Positions 28,415 to 37,080 of a stretch of DNA of 64,000 bases are shown here, piece after piece; position 1 is the stretch's first letter; each line of letters starts with the position of its first letter. The stretch comes from Candidatus Daviesbacteria bacterium (GTDB lineage: Bacteria > Patescibacteriota > Microgenomatia > Daviesbacterales > UBA10151), in the NCBI GenBank assembly GCA_030699125.1, contig JAUYKM010000009.1, positions 6,358-70,357 on the forward strand, written 5' to 3'. The translations under genes and the position numbers were made by a program. The notes beneath the pieces are model-generated. The model was not told where the DNA came from and searched no databases. It saw nothing but the letters and a program-made list of their open reading frames with translations.

Positions 28415-29115
28415 CTTGAAGGTAGAGGTATAAAAGATAATTCATTTTGAACATCAATTCCTGAATCATTTCCCGAGAAAAATCTTCTTACTACATAAGA
28501 AAAGTTTGATGCCAGTCTTTTTATTCCATCAGGAATACGGGTAGGACAGAAAGCAGATACTTTAGCCATATCCAACAGACTTGTTTGACTGTCAATGCTA
28601 CTATGTGAGGGCGAGATCATTCGCATCATTCTATCCATTACATCTCTTTTTTTCAAATAATCCATATAATCAGGATTATATTGGGTGATTGTGCTCAGAA
28701 CTGATGTCGAATAATTACCAAGTTTAGATTCATTAATTCGTATATCAACTTTTTTAGCAATACCGGTTTGTTCAAATGTTTTAAGATCATAAATCTCACT
28801 TTGTTTCCAATCTGCCACTTTTACCATTACAGCCGGCATCCTTTCCTTGAGACCTGAGGTATATGCAGTAATTGGGCTACTAATGAAGAGCTCATCATTT
28901 ATAATATCTCGTGCAGTTAACACTTCAGTTTGATTTGGCGGGTTACATATTATAAAAATCTCCATTACCCCAGTTCTACTTATAAGTTGAGGTTTTTGAG
29001 CCTCCCGTTCAGCATGAGCCCAGCCTAGTCCAACCCCACCTAAAAGTAAAAGCGCTGCGCCTGTTTCTACAAATTTTCTTACTGGGATTCTCTCCATAGA
29101 ACTATTATATAACAT
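28411..29115 (-). CDS. Hypothetical exported protein
   Basis: N-terminal hydrophobic signal (AALLLLGGVGLGWAHA). Confidence 0.4.
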   Translation of the reverse strand: MLYNSSMERIPVRKFVETGAALLLLGGVGLGWAHAEREAQKPQLISRTGVMEIFIICNPPNQTEVLTARDIINDELFISSPITAYTSGLKERMPAVMVKVADWKQSEIYDLKTFEQTGIAKKVDIRINESKLGNYSTSVLSTITQYNPDYMDYLKKRDVMDRMMRMISPSHSSIDSQTSLLDMAKVSAFCPTRIPDGIKRLASNFSYVVRRFFSGNDSGIDVQNELSFIPLPSS

Positions 29116-29196
29116 ATATTTAATTAATTCTCAATATTTCTAGATTAAATAGTTAAAAATGTAGCAAGAGTGAATAAATAATGGTAATGTAAAAGT

Positions 29197-30165
29197 ATGA
29201 CTAAAGTTGTTGTTACCAGGAAAATTCCGGGGAATGGAGTAAAAATGCTTCAGGATGCAGGGTATGATGTGGTAGTTTCACCTCATGATAGACCACTGGA
29301 GCGGCAAGAACTTTTAAATTTTATTCAAGGAGCAGATGGGGTACTATCTCAGCTGACGGATAAAGTTGATGAGGAGTTTATTAATGCCTGCGGCCCAAAT
29401 TTAAAAATTGTGGCCAATTTTGCAGTGGGTTTTGATAATTTAGACACCCCTACCCTAACGTCGCACAATATTGTTGCTACCAATACCCCGGATGTGTTAA
29501 CTGAGGCTGTAGCTGAACATACTTTTGCTTTAATTTTGGCAATCGTGAGGAGAATACCTGAAGCTGATAAATTATCCCGTTCCGGTTCACCTCCAGCATT
29601 TGGCCCGGAAGTGCTATTGGGGACGGAACTTAAGGGAAAGGATTTAGGTGTATTGGGACTGGGCAGAATTGGTTCCAGGGTGGCAGAGCTGGGATATGCC
29701 ATCGGTATGAATGTTATTTATTTTGATAATAATAAACAAAACCAGGAATTGGAGCAGAAAGTTGGTGCGAAGGCAAGAGAATCTGCGGAAGCAGTTCTAA
29801 AAGAAGCAGATGTAGTTTCTATCCATGTACCCCTTTTGGATTCTACCAGACACCTGATTAATGCTGAGAAGCTGCAAATGATGAAACCGACAGCTTATTT
29901 AATAAATACCTCCCGTGGACCGGTGGTGGATGAGGCAGCTTTAGTGGAAGCCCTAAAATCTGGAACTCTTAAGGGAGCAGCCTTGGATGTATATGAAAAA
30001 GAACCTCAGCATGCCCCGGGATTGGATGCATTAAACAACGTAGTACTAACCCCTCATATTGCCTCAGCCACAAATGAGGCCCGCTCCGCCATGGGAGAGC
30101 TGGCAGCCAAAAATATTATAGCCGTCCTTTCTGGACAGCCCCCCTTAACCCCTGTTAAAGTGTAG
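29197..30165 (+). CDS. D-isomer-specific 2-hydroxyacid dehydrogenase (glyoxylate/hydroxypyruvate reductase-like)
   Basis: NAD-binding GLGRIGSRVA and a catalytic R..E..H arrangement (TPHIASAT). Confidence 0.8.
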   Translation: MTKVVVTRKIPGNGVKMLQDAGYDVVVSPHDRPLERQELLNFIQGADGVLSQLTDKVDEEFINACGPNLKIVANFAVGFDNLDTPTLTSHNIVATNTPDVLTEAVAEHTFALILAIVRRIPEADKLSRSGSPPAFGPEVLLGTELKGKDLGVLGLGRIGSRVAELGYAIGMNVIYFDNNKQNQELEQKVGAKARESAEAVLKEADVVSIHVPLLDSTRHLINAEKLQMMKPTAYLINTSRGPVVDEAALVEALKSGTLKGAALDVYEKEPQHAPGLDALNNVVLTPHIASATNEARSAMGELAAKNIIAVLSGQPPLTPVKV

Positions 30166-30170
30166 TTAAG

Positions 30171-30722
30171 ATGGATTTTTGGAAAAAATGGAAATATCCG
30201 TACCTGACTGCTGTCCTAATAAGCATTTTCGTGGCCATTATTTTGGCACAGAATCAAGCTTTTAAAGATTGGTTGCTTAACTTGGGCTCCTTGGAATATA
30301 TTGGTGCAATTATTGCCGGTATGCTGTTTGTATCTTCCTTTACTGTGGCAATATCAACAGTGGTCATTGCCATCATGACCCAAAATATTCACCCTATGGC
30401 TTTGGCGTTAATTGGTGGGGTGGGAGCTGTGATGGGCGACTATTTGGTTTTTAAACTTGTTAGAAGTCATTTGCAGGAAGAGTTGGCCATGCTTTTTGGA
30501 AAGCAAGAGACATCGCACATAAAACATCTGCTTCATTCAAAATACATTGCCTGGACGCTACCGATCATTGGTGTTTTTATTATTGCCTCCCCCTTACCTG
30601 ATGAGATGGGGGTTTCCTTACTAGGTATCTCTAAAATCTCAGAGGCAAGATTCATTCTGATCTCTTATATTTCAAATGCTGTGGGAATTTTAATGATTGC
30701 CTCAGTTGCTAAGGTGATATGA
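30171..30722 (+). CDS. Hypothetical integral membrane protein
   Basis: 183 aa with 4-5 TM. Confidence 0.4.
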   Translation: MDFWKKWKYPYLTAVLISIFVAIILAQNQAFKDWLLNLGSLEYIGAIIAGMLFVSSFTVAISTVVIAIMTQNIHPMALALIGGVGAVMGDYLVFKLVRSHLQEELAMLFGKQETSHIKHLLHSKYIAWTLPIIGVFIIASPLPDEMGVSLLGISKISEARFILISYISNAVGILMIASVAKVI

Positions 30723-30729
30723 TGAGAAT

Positions 30730-30945
30730 ATGTTAAATAGATTTTTAGAGTTTTTTATTGTCGGACTTATCTTAGGGGTTCTAGAGGATTTGATTGCCAT
30801 TTCACTGGCCACAGAGAAAGAGATTGATTTAAGAGTGTTCGTGATCGCCTTTTTTGTGGCATTTCCTTTCGCTGTTTTTTCAGAATTAATTGTAGATCAT
30901 GATAAATTTAGAAAATTAATGAGTAGGTGGTTTAAACGATCTTAA
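30730..30945 (+). CDS. Small hypothetical membrane protein
   Basis: 71 aa with two hydrophobic helices. Confidence 0.3.
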   Translation: MLNRFLEFFIVGLILGVLEDLIAISLATEKEIDLRVFVIAFFVAFPFAVFSELIVDHDKFRKLMSRWFKRS

Positions 30946-31091
30946 CAGAATTCACAGGCCGCTTTTGGTTGGTCTTTTCTGTTACAACAGGTTGAGCAGC
31001 AATATTCATTTCCTTCTTTAGTATATGACTGACCCGGCTTGATAACTTTGCCGCACCTGTGACATCTATGTTCTTTGGTGTCTTTGGCCAT
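30942..31091 (-). CDS. 49-aa Cys-rich YHS/TRASH-like metal-binding mini-protein
   Basis: MAKDTKEHRCHRCGKVIKPGQSYTKEGNEYCCSTCCNRK... follows the CxxCG..I...Y..G..Y.FCS..C pattern of YHS/TRASH domains. Lies directly downstream of the P-type ATPase on the same strand. Not in the ORF track. Confidence 0.45.
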   Translation of the reverse strand: MAKDTKEHRCHRCGKVIKPGQSYTKEGNEYCCSTCCNRKDQPKAACEFC

Positions 31092-31153
31092 ACTTTTGAT
31101 AGTAAACTAAATAAATAATTTCTGTCAACCACGTTCATGTAAACTGAACGTGG

Positions 31154-33721
31154 TCAACTTTTTCTAAATAGATTAAAGATAGGTGTGACAACGAGCATAC
31201 GCATAATAAATAGTAAGAATATACCTACTCCCAAAAGTAGTCCCCAATCCATAAGAGTTAATGGATGGACTTTAAAAAGTTGCTGTAAAGTTACCCCGGC
31301 GAAGGAGATTGGCAGATACAAAATTAAAAGTTGTAAGATCAGGGAACCTGTTATTGCCAAGACTAGAAATGGATTGGAGAAAAAGGGTAGTTTGTACTCT
31401 GAGCGGATGGCTACAATCCTTAACATTTCATAAAAAACAATGGCGGTAAAAACCATAGTTTGTTCATAAATGGGATCTTTTTGATAGATAAAGAAGATCA
31501 AAAGAATCGCAATGGTCAAAAGAACACTAACCGCCATTAATGGTCCTAAAAATCTGCCTCCGGCAATTTCTTCCCTGAATTTTTGCGGGGGAAGATCCAT
31601 AATATTTTTTCTGGGTGGATCAACCCCCAAAGCTATGGCTGGTAAACCATCAGTGACTAAATTAATCCATAAAAGGTGAATTGGCAAAAGCGGTAGATGT
31701 CCTCCTCCTAAAATAACTGCCAAAGATATGACCAAAACTTCCATGATATTTGAAGAGAGTAAATAATTAACAAATTTTCTGATGTTATCAAAAATGGCCC
31801 TACCCTCTTTGATAGCCTCAACAATTGTCGAGAAATGATCATCCAGTAAGACCATATCAGAGGCTTCTTTGGCCACATCTGTCCCGGTAATACCCATGGC
31901 TACCCCAATATCAGCAGCCTTTAGGGCTGGAGCATCATTAACCCCATCTCCTGTCATGGCCACCTGGTGCCCGTGTGCTTTCAAAGCTTTAATAATTCTG
32001 ATTTTGTGTTCCGGGTTAACTCTGGCATAAATTGCAATTTGCTCCACCTGCTCTTTTAATGCTTCATCGGATAATTTATCCAAGTCTTGACCGGTGATAT
32101 TTTTACCCTCAATGCCAATTTGGCTGGCAATAGCCTGCGCAGTTAAGAGATGATCACCTGTGATCATAACCACCCTGATTTGCGCCTGTTTCTGACAAAC
32201 CTCGATTGCCTGTTTCACCCCTTCTCTTGGTGGATCAATCATCCCGACAAGCCCTAAGAATGTGAGGTTTTCTTCTTTTTCGGAAGAACCATAAGCAATA
32301 GCCAATACTCTTAAAGCTTTCCTGGCCATTTCATCATTTGCTTTAAGAATCTTCATCTTTTGCTCCTCAGTCAAATTTGAACACTTTCCCAAAATAACTT
32401 CAGTGGCCCCCTTACTAATTAATATTTGCCCTTCTTTGTTTTTTACTATTACTGACATCATCTTTCTGTCAGAAGAAAAAGGGATCTCAGAAATTCTTTG
32501 ATAAGTTTTTAAAATTGTTTCTTGGTTTAAACCCGAATCTACGGCTGCCTGAATTAAGGCAGCCTCTGTTGAATCACCAATTATTTGGCCCGCTTCGCCG
32601 CGAGGCGAGCCCCCATTTATTCTGGCATTAGAGGCAAGTAAACCAAAGGTTAAGATTTTTTCTTTATTCTCCCCGAAGATCTCTGTTACCTTCATTACCC
32701 CTTCAGTTAAAGTTCCTGTTTTATCAACGCAAATTACATCTGTTGATCCCAGTGTTTCTGCAGCTGCCAAATGTCTAATCAGAGATTTTTGTTTAAGTAG
32801 TCTCCTGGTTCCTAAGGCTAGGGAAATAGTCACCACCACCGGTAATCCTTCCGGAATAGCTGCTACAGCTAAAGCTATAGCCGAAATTAAAGAATCGAGT
32901 ACATTTTGTCCAAACCCAGTCTGACTGGGTCCAAACAAAAATTGTTCAATTCCAATTAAAGCTGCAATAACAAGTACAATCCTGCCAATTAATTTGCCCA
33001 GATTGTTAAGTTTAAGCTGTAAAGGAGTGGGTGGTTCTATCTCTTGGGAAACCAAATGGGCAATTTTACCAATCTCAGTGCTCATACCTGTGGATATGAC
33101 AATGCCGATACCTCGACCCGCAGCAATGTTGGTACCTGAAAAAAGCATATTTTTCCGCTCAGCCAAAATTACATCTTCAGCTAAAGTGTCAGGATCTTTA
33201 GTCACCGGAGTCGACTCCCCGGTGAGTGAGGCTTCATTAGTTTCCAGACTAAAGGCTTGAATAATTCTAATATCAGCAGGAATTTTTTGTCCTTCCTCTA
33301 AAACAATCAAATCGCCGGGTACTAAATTGGAACTGGCAACCTGCTGGATCACTCCGTCTCTGTAAATACTGGCTTGAACCGTCACCAGTTTTTTAAGCTG
33401 TTTGATAGTTTTTTCAACCCTGTATTCCTGGATAAAACCGACAATGCCGTTTAAAATAACAATTGCCAAAATCAAGGCTGCATCTAAAGTTTCGCCCAAA
33501 ATAAGAGATACTGAAGAGGCTATTAGCAGAATAATAATAAGAAAGCTTCTAAATTGAGAAAAGAAAATCTGAAAAGCACTTTTACCTTTTTCCTCTTGTA
33601 AAATATTTAGACCATATTTTGTAAGTCTTTTTTCTGCCTCTTGAGCTGTTAAGCCTTTTTGTTGATCAGTTTGTAGTTCTTGTATGGTCTGCTCAACTGA
33701 TTTCAGATATGCCTTTTCCAC
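31154..33721 (-). CDS. P2-type cation-transporting ATPase (Ca2+/Mg2+-type)
   Basis: TGES, ICVDKTGTLT, PEGLP (type II hallmark) and MTGDGVNDAPALK. Contains a 29-bp GC-rich in-frame insertion encoding GGSPRGEAGQ. Confidence 0.85.
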   Translation of the reverse strand: MEKAYLKSVEQTIQELQTDQQKGLTAQEAEKRLTKYGLNILQEEKGKSAFQIFFSQFRSFLIIILLIASSVSLILGETLDAALILAIVILNGIVGFIQEYRVEKTIKQLKKLVTVQASIYRDGVIQQVASSNLVPGDLIVLEEGQKIPADIRIIQAFSLETNEASLTGESTPVTKDPDTLAEDVILAERKNMLFSGTNIAAGRGIGIVISTGMSTEIGKIAHLVSQEIEPPTPLQLKLNNLGKLIGRIVLVIAALIGIEQFLFGPSQTGFGQNVLDSLISAIALAVAAIPEGLPVVVTISLALGTRRLLKQKSLIRHLAAAETLGSTDVICVDKTGTLTEGVMKVTEIFGENKEKILTFGLLASNARINGGSPRGEAGQIIGDSTEAALIQAAVDSGLNQETILKTYQRISEIPFSSDRKMMSVIVKNKEGQILISKGATEVILGKCSNLTEEQKMKILKANDEMARKALRVLAIAYGSSEKEENLTFLGLVGMIDPPREGVKQAIEVCQKQAQIRVVMITGDHLLTAQAIASQIGIEGKNITGQDLDKLSDEALKEQVEQIAIYARVNPEHKIRIIKALKAHGHQVAMTGDGVNDAPALKAADIGVAMGITGTDVAKEASDMVLLDDHFSTIVEAIKEGRAIFDNIRKFVNYLLSSNIMEVLVISLAVILGGGHLPLLPIHLLWINLVTDGLPAIALGVDPPRKNIMDLPPQKFREEIAGGRFLGPLMAVSVLLTIAILLIFFIYQKDPIYEQTMVFTAIVFYEMLRIVAIRSEYKLPFFSNPFLVLAITGSLILQLLILYLPISFAGVTLQQLFKVHPLTLMDWGLLLGVGIFLLFIMRMLVVTPIFNLFRKS
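32587..32615 (+). repeat. GC-rich mini-element (CGAGGCGAG family) inserted in frame in the P-type ATPase
   Basis: GGCCCGCTTCGCCGCGAGGCGAGCCCCC within AT-rich coding sequence. The same core appears at 14669-14683 and 52861-52890. Confidence 0.6.
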
Positions 33722-33784
33722 TGTACATCCATTGTAAACAACTCTTCAATTGTTAAATAGATGGAAAATGTGTACCATTAAGTT

Positions 33785-34060
33785 ATGGAAGAAGAAGTAC
33801 AACCCAAGCCAATTTTTCTGCCGGTTATTTCTGATGAGACCAGGCAATATCTTTTAGAAGAACTCGGATTGGATAAAGATGAAAAGACCCGACAGATAGT
33901 CTCCAGTCTAACCGGCGAAAGAGGTGTAAACCCTTATATGGCCATAGATGATTGGATGATGTCGGTATTCAGTAGACTGGCTGATTACAATAAAGCATTT
34001 GTGGAGATTCTAAGTTCAGTATTAGAAAAAAGATATGTGAATGTTAATGGGGGGGGGTGA
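33785..34060 (+). CDS. Hypothetical protein; may be the 5' part of a gene split at a G9 tract
   Basis: Ends VNGGG* inside GGGGGGGGG (34049-34057). Confidence 0.35.
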   Translation: MEEEVQPKPIFLPVISDETRQYLLEELGLDKDEKTRQIVSSLTGERGVNPYMAIDDWMMSVFSRLADYNKAFVEILSSVLEKRYVNVNGGG

Positions 34061-34458
34061 TAGGTGATTATGCAGACGCAGCTTCAAAAGGGATGGCAGT
34101 TGTCGTACAAGCTTATCAGATTGACAGCGGCAGAAACTTATTTTCCCGAGTACAAGATTTAAGTGAGGAAGATCTGTCTGAAATGGGAAAAATTATGGAA
34201 GAGGTTATCCTACCAACTAACACAGATGTATCTCTTCTGAGGCGTGTCCTAAGCACTCCCAGAATTCCTGAACAGCATCTAAATTTGATATATTGTGTTA
34301 ATAAAACTGCAGAAGGAGCAATAGCCTTAGATGATAGAGAATTCAAAGAGGGAGCAGCGGCTATGTTCAGAATACTTTCTTACTTAGCCCCAAAACTATA
34401 CCCAAATCCTTCACAAACTCCGGAGCAACCTCTACCGCCTCCCTCAACAAATCCATAA
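34057..34458 (+). CDS. Hypothetical protein; may be the 3' part of a gene split at a G9 tract
   Basis: GTG start inside the G-run. Frame offset relative to the upstream ORF. Confidence 0.35.
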   Translation: MIGDYADAASKGMAVVVQAYQIDSGRNLFSRVQDLSEEDLSEMGKIMEEVILPTNTDVSLLRRVLSTPRIPEQHLNLIYCVNKTAEGAIALDDREFKEGAAAMFRILSYLAPKLYPNPSQTPEQPLPPPSTNP

Positions 34459-34561
34459 AACGAACTATCCAACATGGGAGGTTGATTAGGTTGACACCTA
34501 GGGAAAATTTTACTACCATTTTCTTATTGACTCTTGAAGGGGACGGTCCTGAGGTTTATTG

Positions 34562-35236
34562 TTATATCAATCTAAACTTAGCATTCTTTTTATATCTTCT
34601 TCTCAAATATTTCTTTTGGGCTCTGGTTGAAAATTTATTCGTTCCCAAAACCGCCTCTTCCTTTTCAAATAATTTTTCAATTTCTGAGAAATCTTGTTTA
34701 AGCCCATCATAAATAAATTTTTCATATTGTTTTTGCGACTTTTTTGTTTCTCCAACCAGACGGATGATATCTTCATCAAGGAAATAAAGCGATTCTTGAC
34801 CCACAGCCTCTCTGATACTGCTATATGGATATTTCATTGGGTCCTTAATTAGCCCTGCTTTGACTGGATTGAGATAAATGTATTGAGAAAGCTGGATAAA
34901 ATAAGGATCGCTTTCAATTAGAATACTTTTAAACCTATTTTGAAAAACAGGACCATAGTGATTATAAGTACGGTTAAAATACATGGAATAACTGGTTGTT
35001 AGGGAGGACATAATTTTTGAGATGGGGATTTTACGAGTATGGATAGAGATATGAAAGTGGTTTGGTATCAGACAAAAAGCGTATATGGAATGGTCATATT
35101 TACTTTTTAAACGATAAAGCTTATTTAAGAAAAAATGATAATCTGCCTCTTTTAGAAATACAGGCTGCTTATTAATACCCCTATTAAAAACATGATAAAA
35201 AGCATTTTCAAAAACAAATCTTGGCCCTCTAGGCAT
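34562..35236 (-). CDS. Y1 HUH tyrosine transposase, IS200/IS605 TnpA-like or REP-associated (RAYT)
   Basis: HUH motif NHFHISI and catalytic Tyr in YIYLNP. Flanked by inverted GGGACGGTCC hairpin repeats at 34529-34553 and 35283-35300. Confidence 0.7.
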   Translation of the reverse strand: MPRGPRFVFENAFYHVFNRGINKQPVFLKEADYHFFLNKLYRLKSKYDHSIYAFCLIPNHFHISIHTRKIPISKIMSSLTTSYSMYFNRTYNHYGPVFQNRFKSILIESDPYFIQLSQYIYLNPVKAGLIKDPMKYPYSSIREAVGQESLYFLDEDIIRLVGETKKSQKQYEKFIYDGLKQDFSEIEKLFEKEEAVLGTNKFSTRAQKKYLRRRYKKNAKFRLI

Positions 35237-35337
35237 TAAATAAACTATGACATTTTTAGGTTGCTATGCCAAGCTTTATGAGGACCGTCCCTAAGCGATA
35301 TTGCGCTCAGTATGTATGATATGTGTAGAATGGTATA

Positions 35338-36108
35338 GTGAATATTTTTGAAGTGCTGGCTCATGAAGGGGAAGAAGTTGTCGAGGTAGTTGTTCTCAGA
35401 CTGGATGAGGTTATCCGTACTAACTCCATCAACTATACTATCTGGGCTTTTGTGGCTCTGGCTGCTTTGACTTTTTTATCAATTATCTTAAAAAGATGGC
35501 CCTCTTTGAGGATTTTTTTATTTTTAGGCTTTATTCTGGTAATTCTTGGCAATACTCTTTACTTAATTGGTTCCACTCTTTATTTAAATAAGGAGTCTCA
35601 GAGCGGCGGTCCTGTTCACTATCATGCAGATTTTGAAATATATAGATGTGGACAGAAAATTGATTTGAAGGATCCTGAAGGATTATCCAATAAAGTAGGT
35701 ACCAATGTTATTCATGAGCATGGAGATGACAGGATTCACATAGAAGGAGTGCTTTTGGATAAACATGATGCCTCTTTAGGTCATTTTTTTGCAGAATTGG
35801 GGGGGAGTATGGATGGGAATCATCTTACTGTATCAACTAACAAAAGTCTTCTGACTTTACAAAATGGAGACTTATGCAACGGCCGGCCGGCGCTCTTCCA
35901 AGTTTTTGTTTATCAAACCAAAGGTGAACGTTATTTCCAGCAAAAAATAACTGAAAACCCGGAAGATTATATTATTTCTCCTGAGGGTAACATTCCACCG
36001 GGTGATTGTGTAATTTTAGAATTAGATGCTCTTAAAGACAGAACAGATAAATTGTGTGAACAATACTTATTAAAGAAGGAGACTGGAGAAATTAACAATG
36101 GGAATTGA
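35338..36108 (+). CDS. His-rich membrane-anchored protein, possible metal-binding protein
   Basis: Two TM, then HYHADFEIYRCG...HEHGDDRIHIEG. Confidence 0.4.
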   Translation: MNIFEVLAHEGEEVVEVVVLRLDEVIRTNSINYTIWAFVALAALTFLSIILKRWPSLRIFLFLGFILVILGNTLYLIGSTLYLNKESQSGGPVHYHADFEIYRCGQKIDLKDPEGLSNKVGTNVIHEHGDDRIHIEGVLLDKHDASLGHFFAELGGSMDGNHLTVSTNKSLLTLQNGDLCNGRPALFQVFVYQTKGERYFQQKITENPEDYIISPEGNIPPGDCVILELDALKDRTDKLCEQYLLKKETGEINNGN

Positions 36109-36808
36109 AATACATTTGCCAACTCTGGGACTGGTGGCAGGATCTGCTGCCATTGATTCAATAAACCCTTGTGCCATAGGGGTGTTGATTTTGATGATTT
36201 CTGTAATTATGGCCGGAAAAAAATCTTTGCAGAGAATGCTATTTTTGGGAAGTTTGTATATTTTTTCTATTTTTATTACCTATCTTCTGGCAGGCCTAGG
36301 AATACTTTATTTTTTGGCATCAATCCCTCTTTTTGTAACAGAATATTTATCGATCGGAGTAGGAGGATTAATAATCCTTTTTGGATTGGTGGAAATCAAA
36401 GATTTTTTCTGGTACCAAAAAGGTTTTTCTCTGGGGGTTCCCACAGTTTTTACAGATAAGATTCACAGACTTGCTTATAATACTACTGTTCCCGGAGTAA
36501 TGCTTTTGGGGGCATTTGTGGCAGGAGTAGAACTGCCTTGTACCGGAGCACCGTATCTGGCTATCATCACGGTTTTATCGCTTAATTTTAATATGGCAGC
36601 CTTTTTGATGCTGATTTTATACAATATTATTTTTGTTCTACCGCTTATTGTCATCCTACTTCTTGTGGCTGGCGGATTAAAACTTCATATAGTAAAGAAA
36701 TGGAAACAGGAAGCAAGAGGGTTAATGAGACTGGCCATAGGGTTACTGTTGGTTGGTTTAGGCTGGTTGCTAATTTTGATTGCCAATGGGACAATTAATT
36801 TTGGATAA
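36098..36808 (+). CDS. CcdA/DsbD-family thiol-disulfide transmembrane protein
   Basis: SINPCAIGV and LPCTGAPYL intramembrane Cys motifs in a 6-TM protein. Confidence 0.55.
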   Translation: MGIEIHLPTLGLVAGSAAIDSINPCAIGVLILMISVIMAGKKSLQRMLFLGSLYIFSIFITYLLAGLGILYFLASIPLFVTEYLSIGVGGLIILFGLVEIKDFFWYQKGFSLGVPTVFTDKIHRLAYNTTVPGVMLLGAFVAGVELPCTGAPYLAIITVLSLNFNMAAFLMLILYNIIFVLPLIVILLLVAGGLKLHIVKKWKQEARGLMRLAIGLLLVGLGWLLILIANGTINFG

Positions 36809-36810
36809 AC

Positions 36811-37080
36811 ATGACACATATTGTTAAGAGAAAAGGACATCTGCAGGAGTTTGATGATAGAAAAATATACGGTTCGGTTTATGCTGCTTGTTTAGCATCT
36901 CATACAGATGAGGAGATGGCAGAAGCCACAGCCAATTTGGTAACTAAAGAAGTAAAACAGTGGATGGGAGATAAGAATCAAGTCACTAGCCACGAAATTT
37001 TTAATAAAGTAACTGATGAGTTGGAACACTTAAATAAAGAAGCTGCCTTTATGTATAAAACCCACCGGGATTTGTCTTAG
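36811..37080 (+). CDS. Stand-alone ATP-cone domain protein
   Basis: VKRKGHLQEFDDRKI...EEMAEATANLVTKEV matches the ATP-cone (NrdR/RNR N-terminal) fold. 89 aa. Confidence 0.55.
   Translation: MTHIVKRKGHLQEFDDRKIYGSVYAACLASHTDEEMAEATANLVTKEVKQWMGDKNQVTSHEIFNKVTDELEHLNKEAAFMYKTHRDLS

Noticed and set aside
35866-35885. GGCCGGCCGGCGC GC-island inside ORF 35338..36108
   Set aside because: It is a short GC-rich palindrome (GGCCGGCC) with no second copy in the window and no similarity to the three mini-element families. It is probably just coding sequence.
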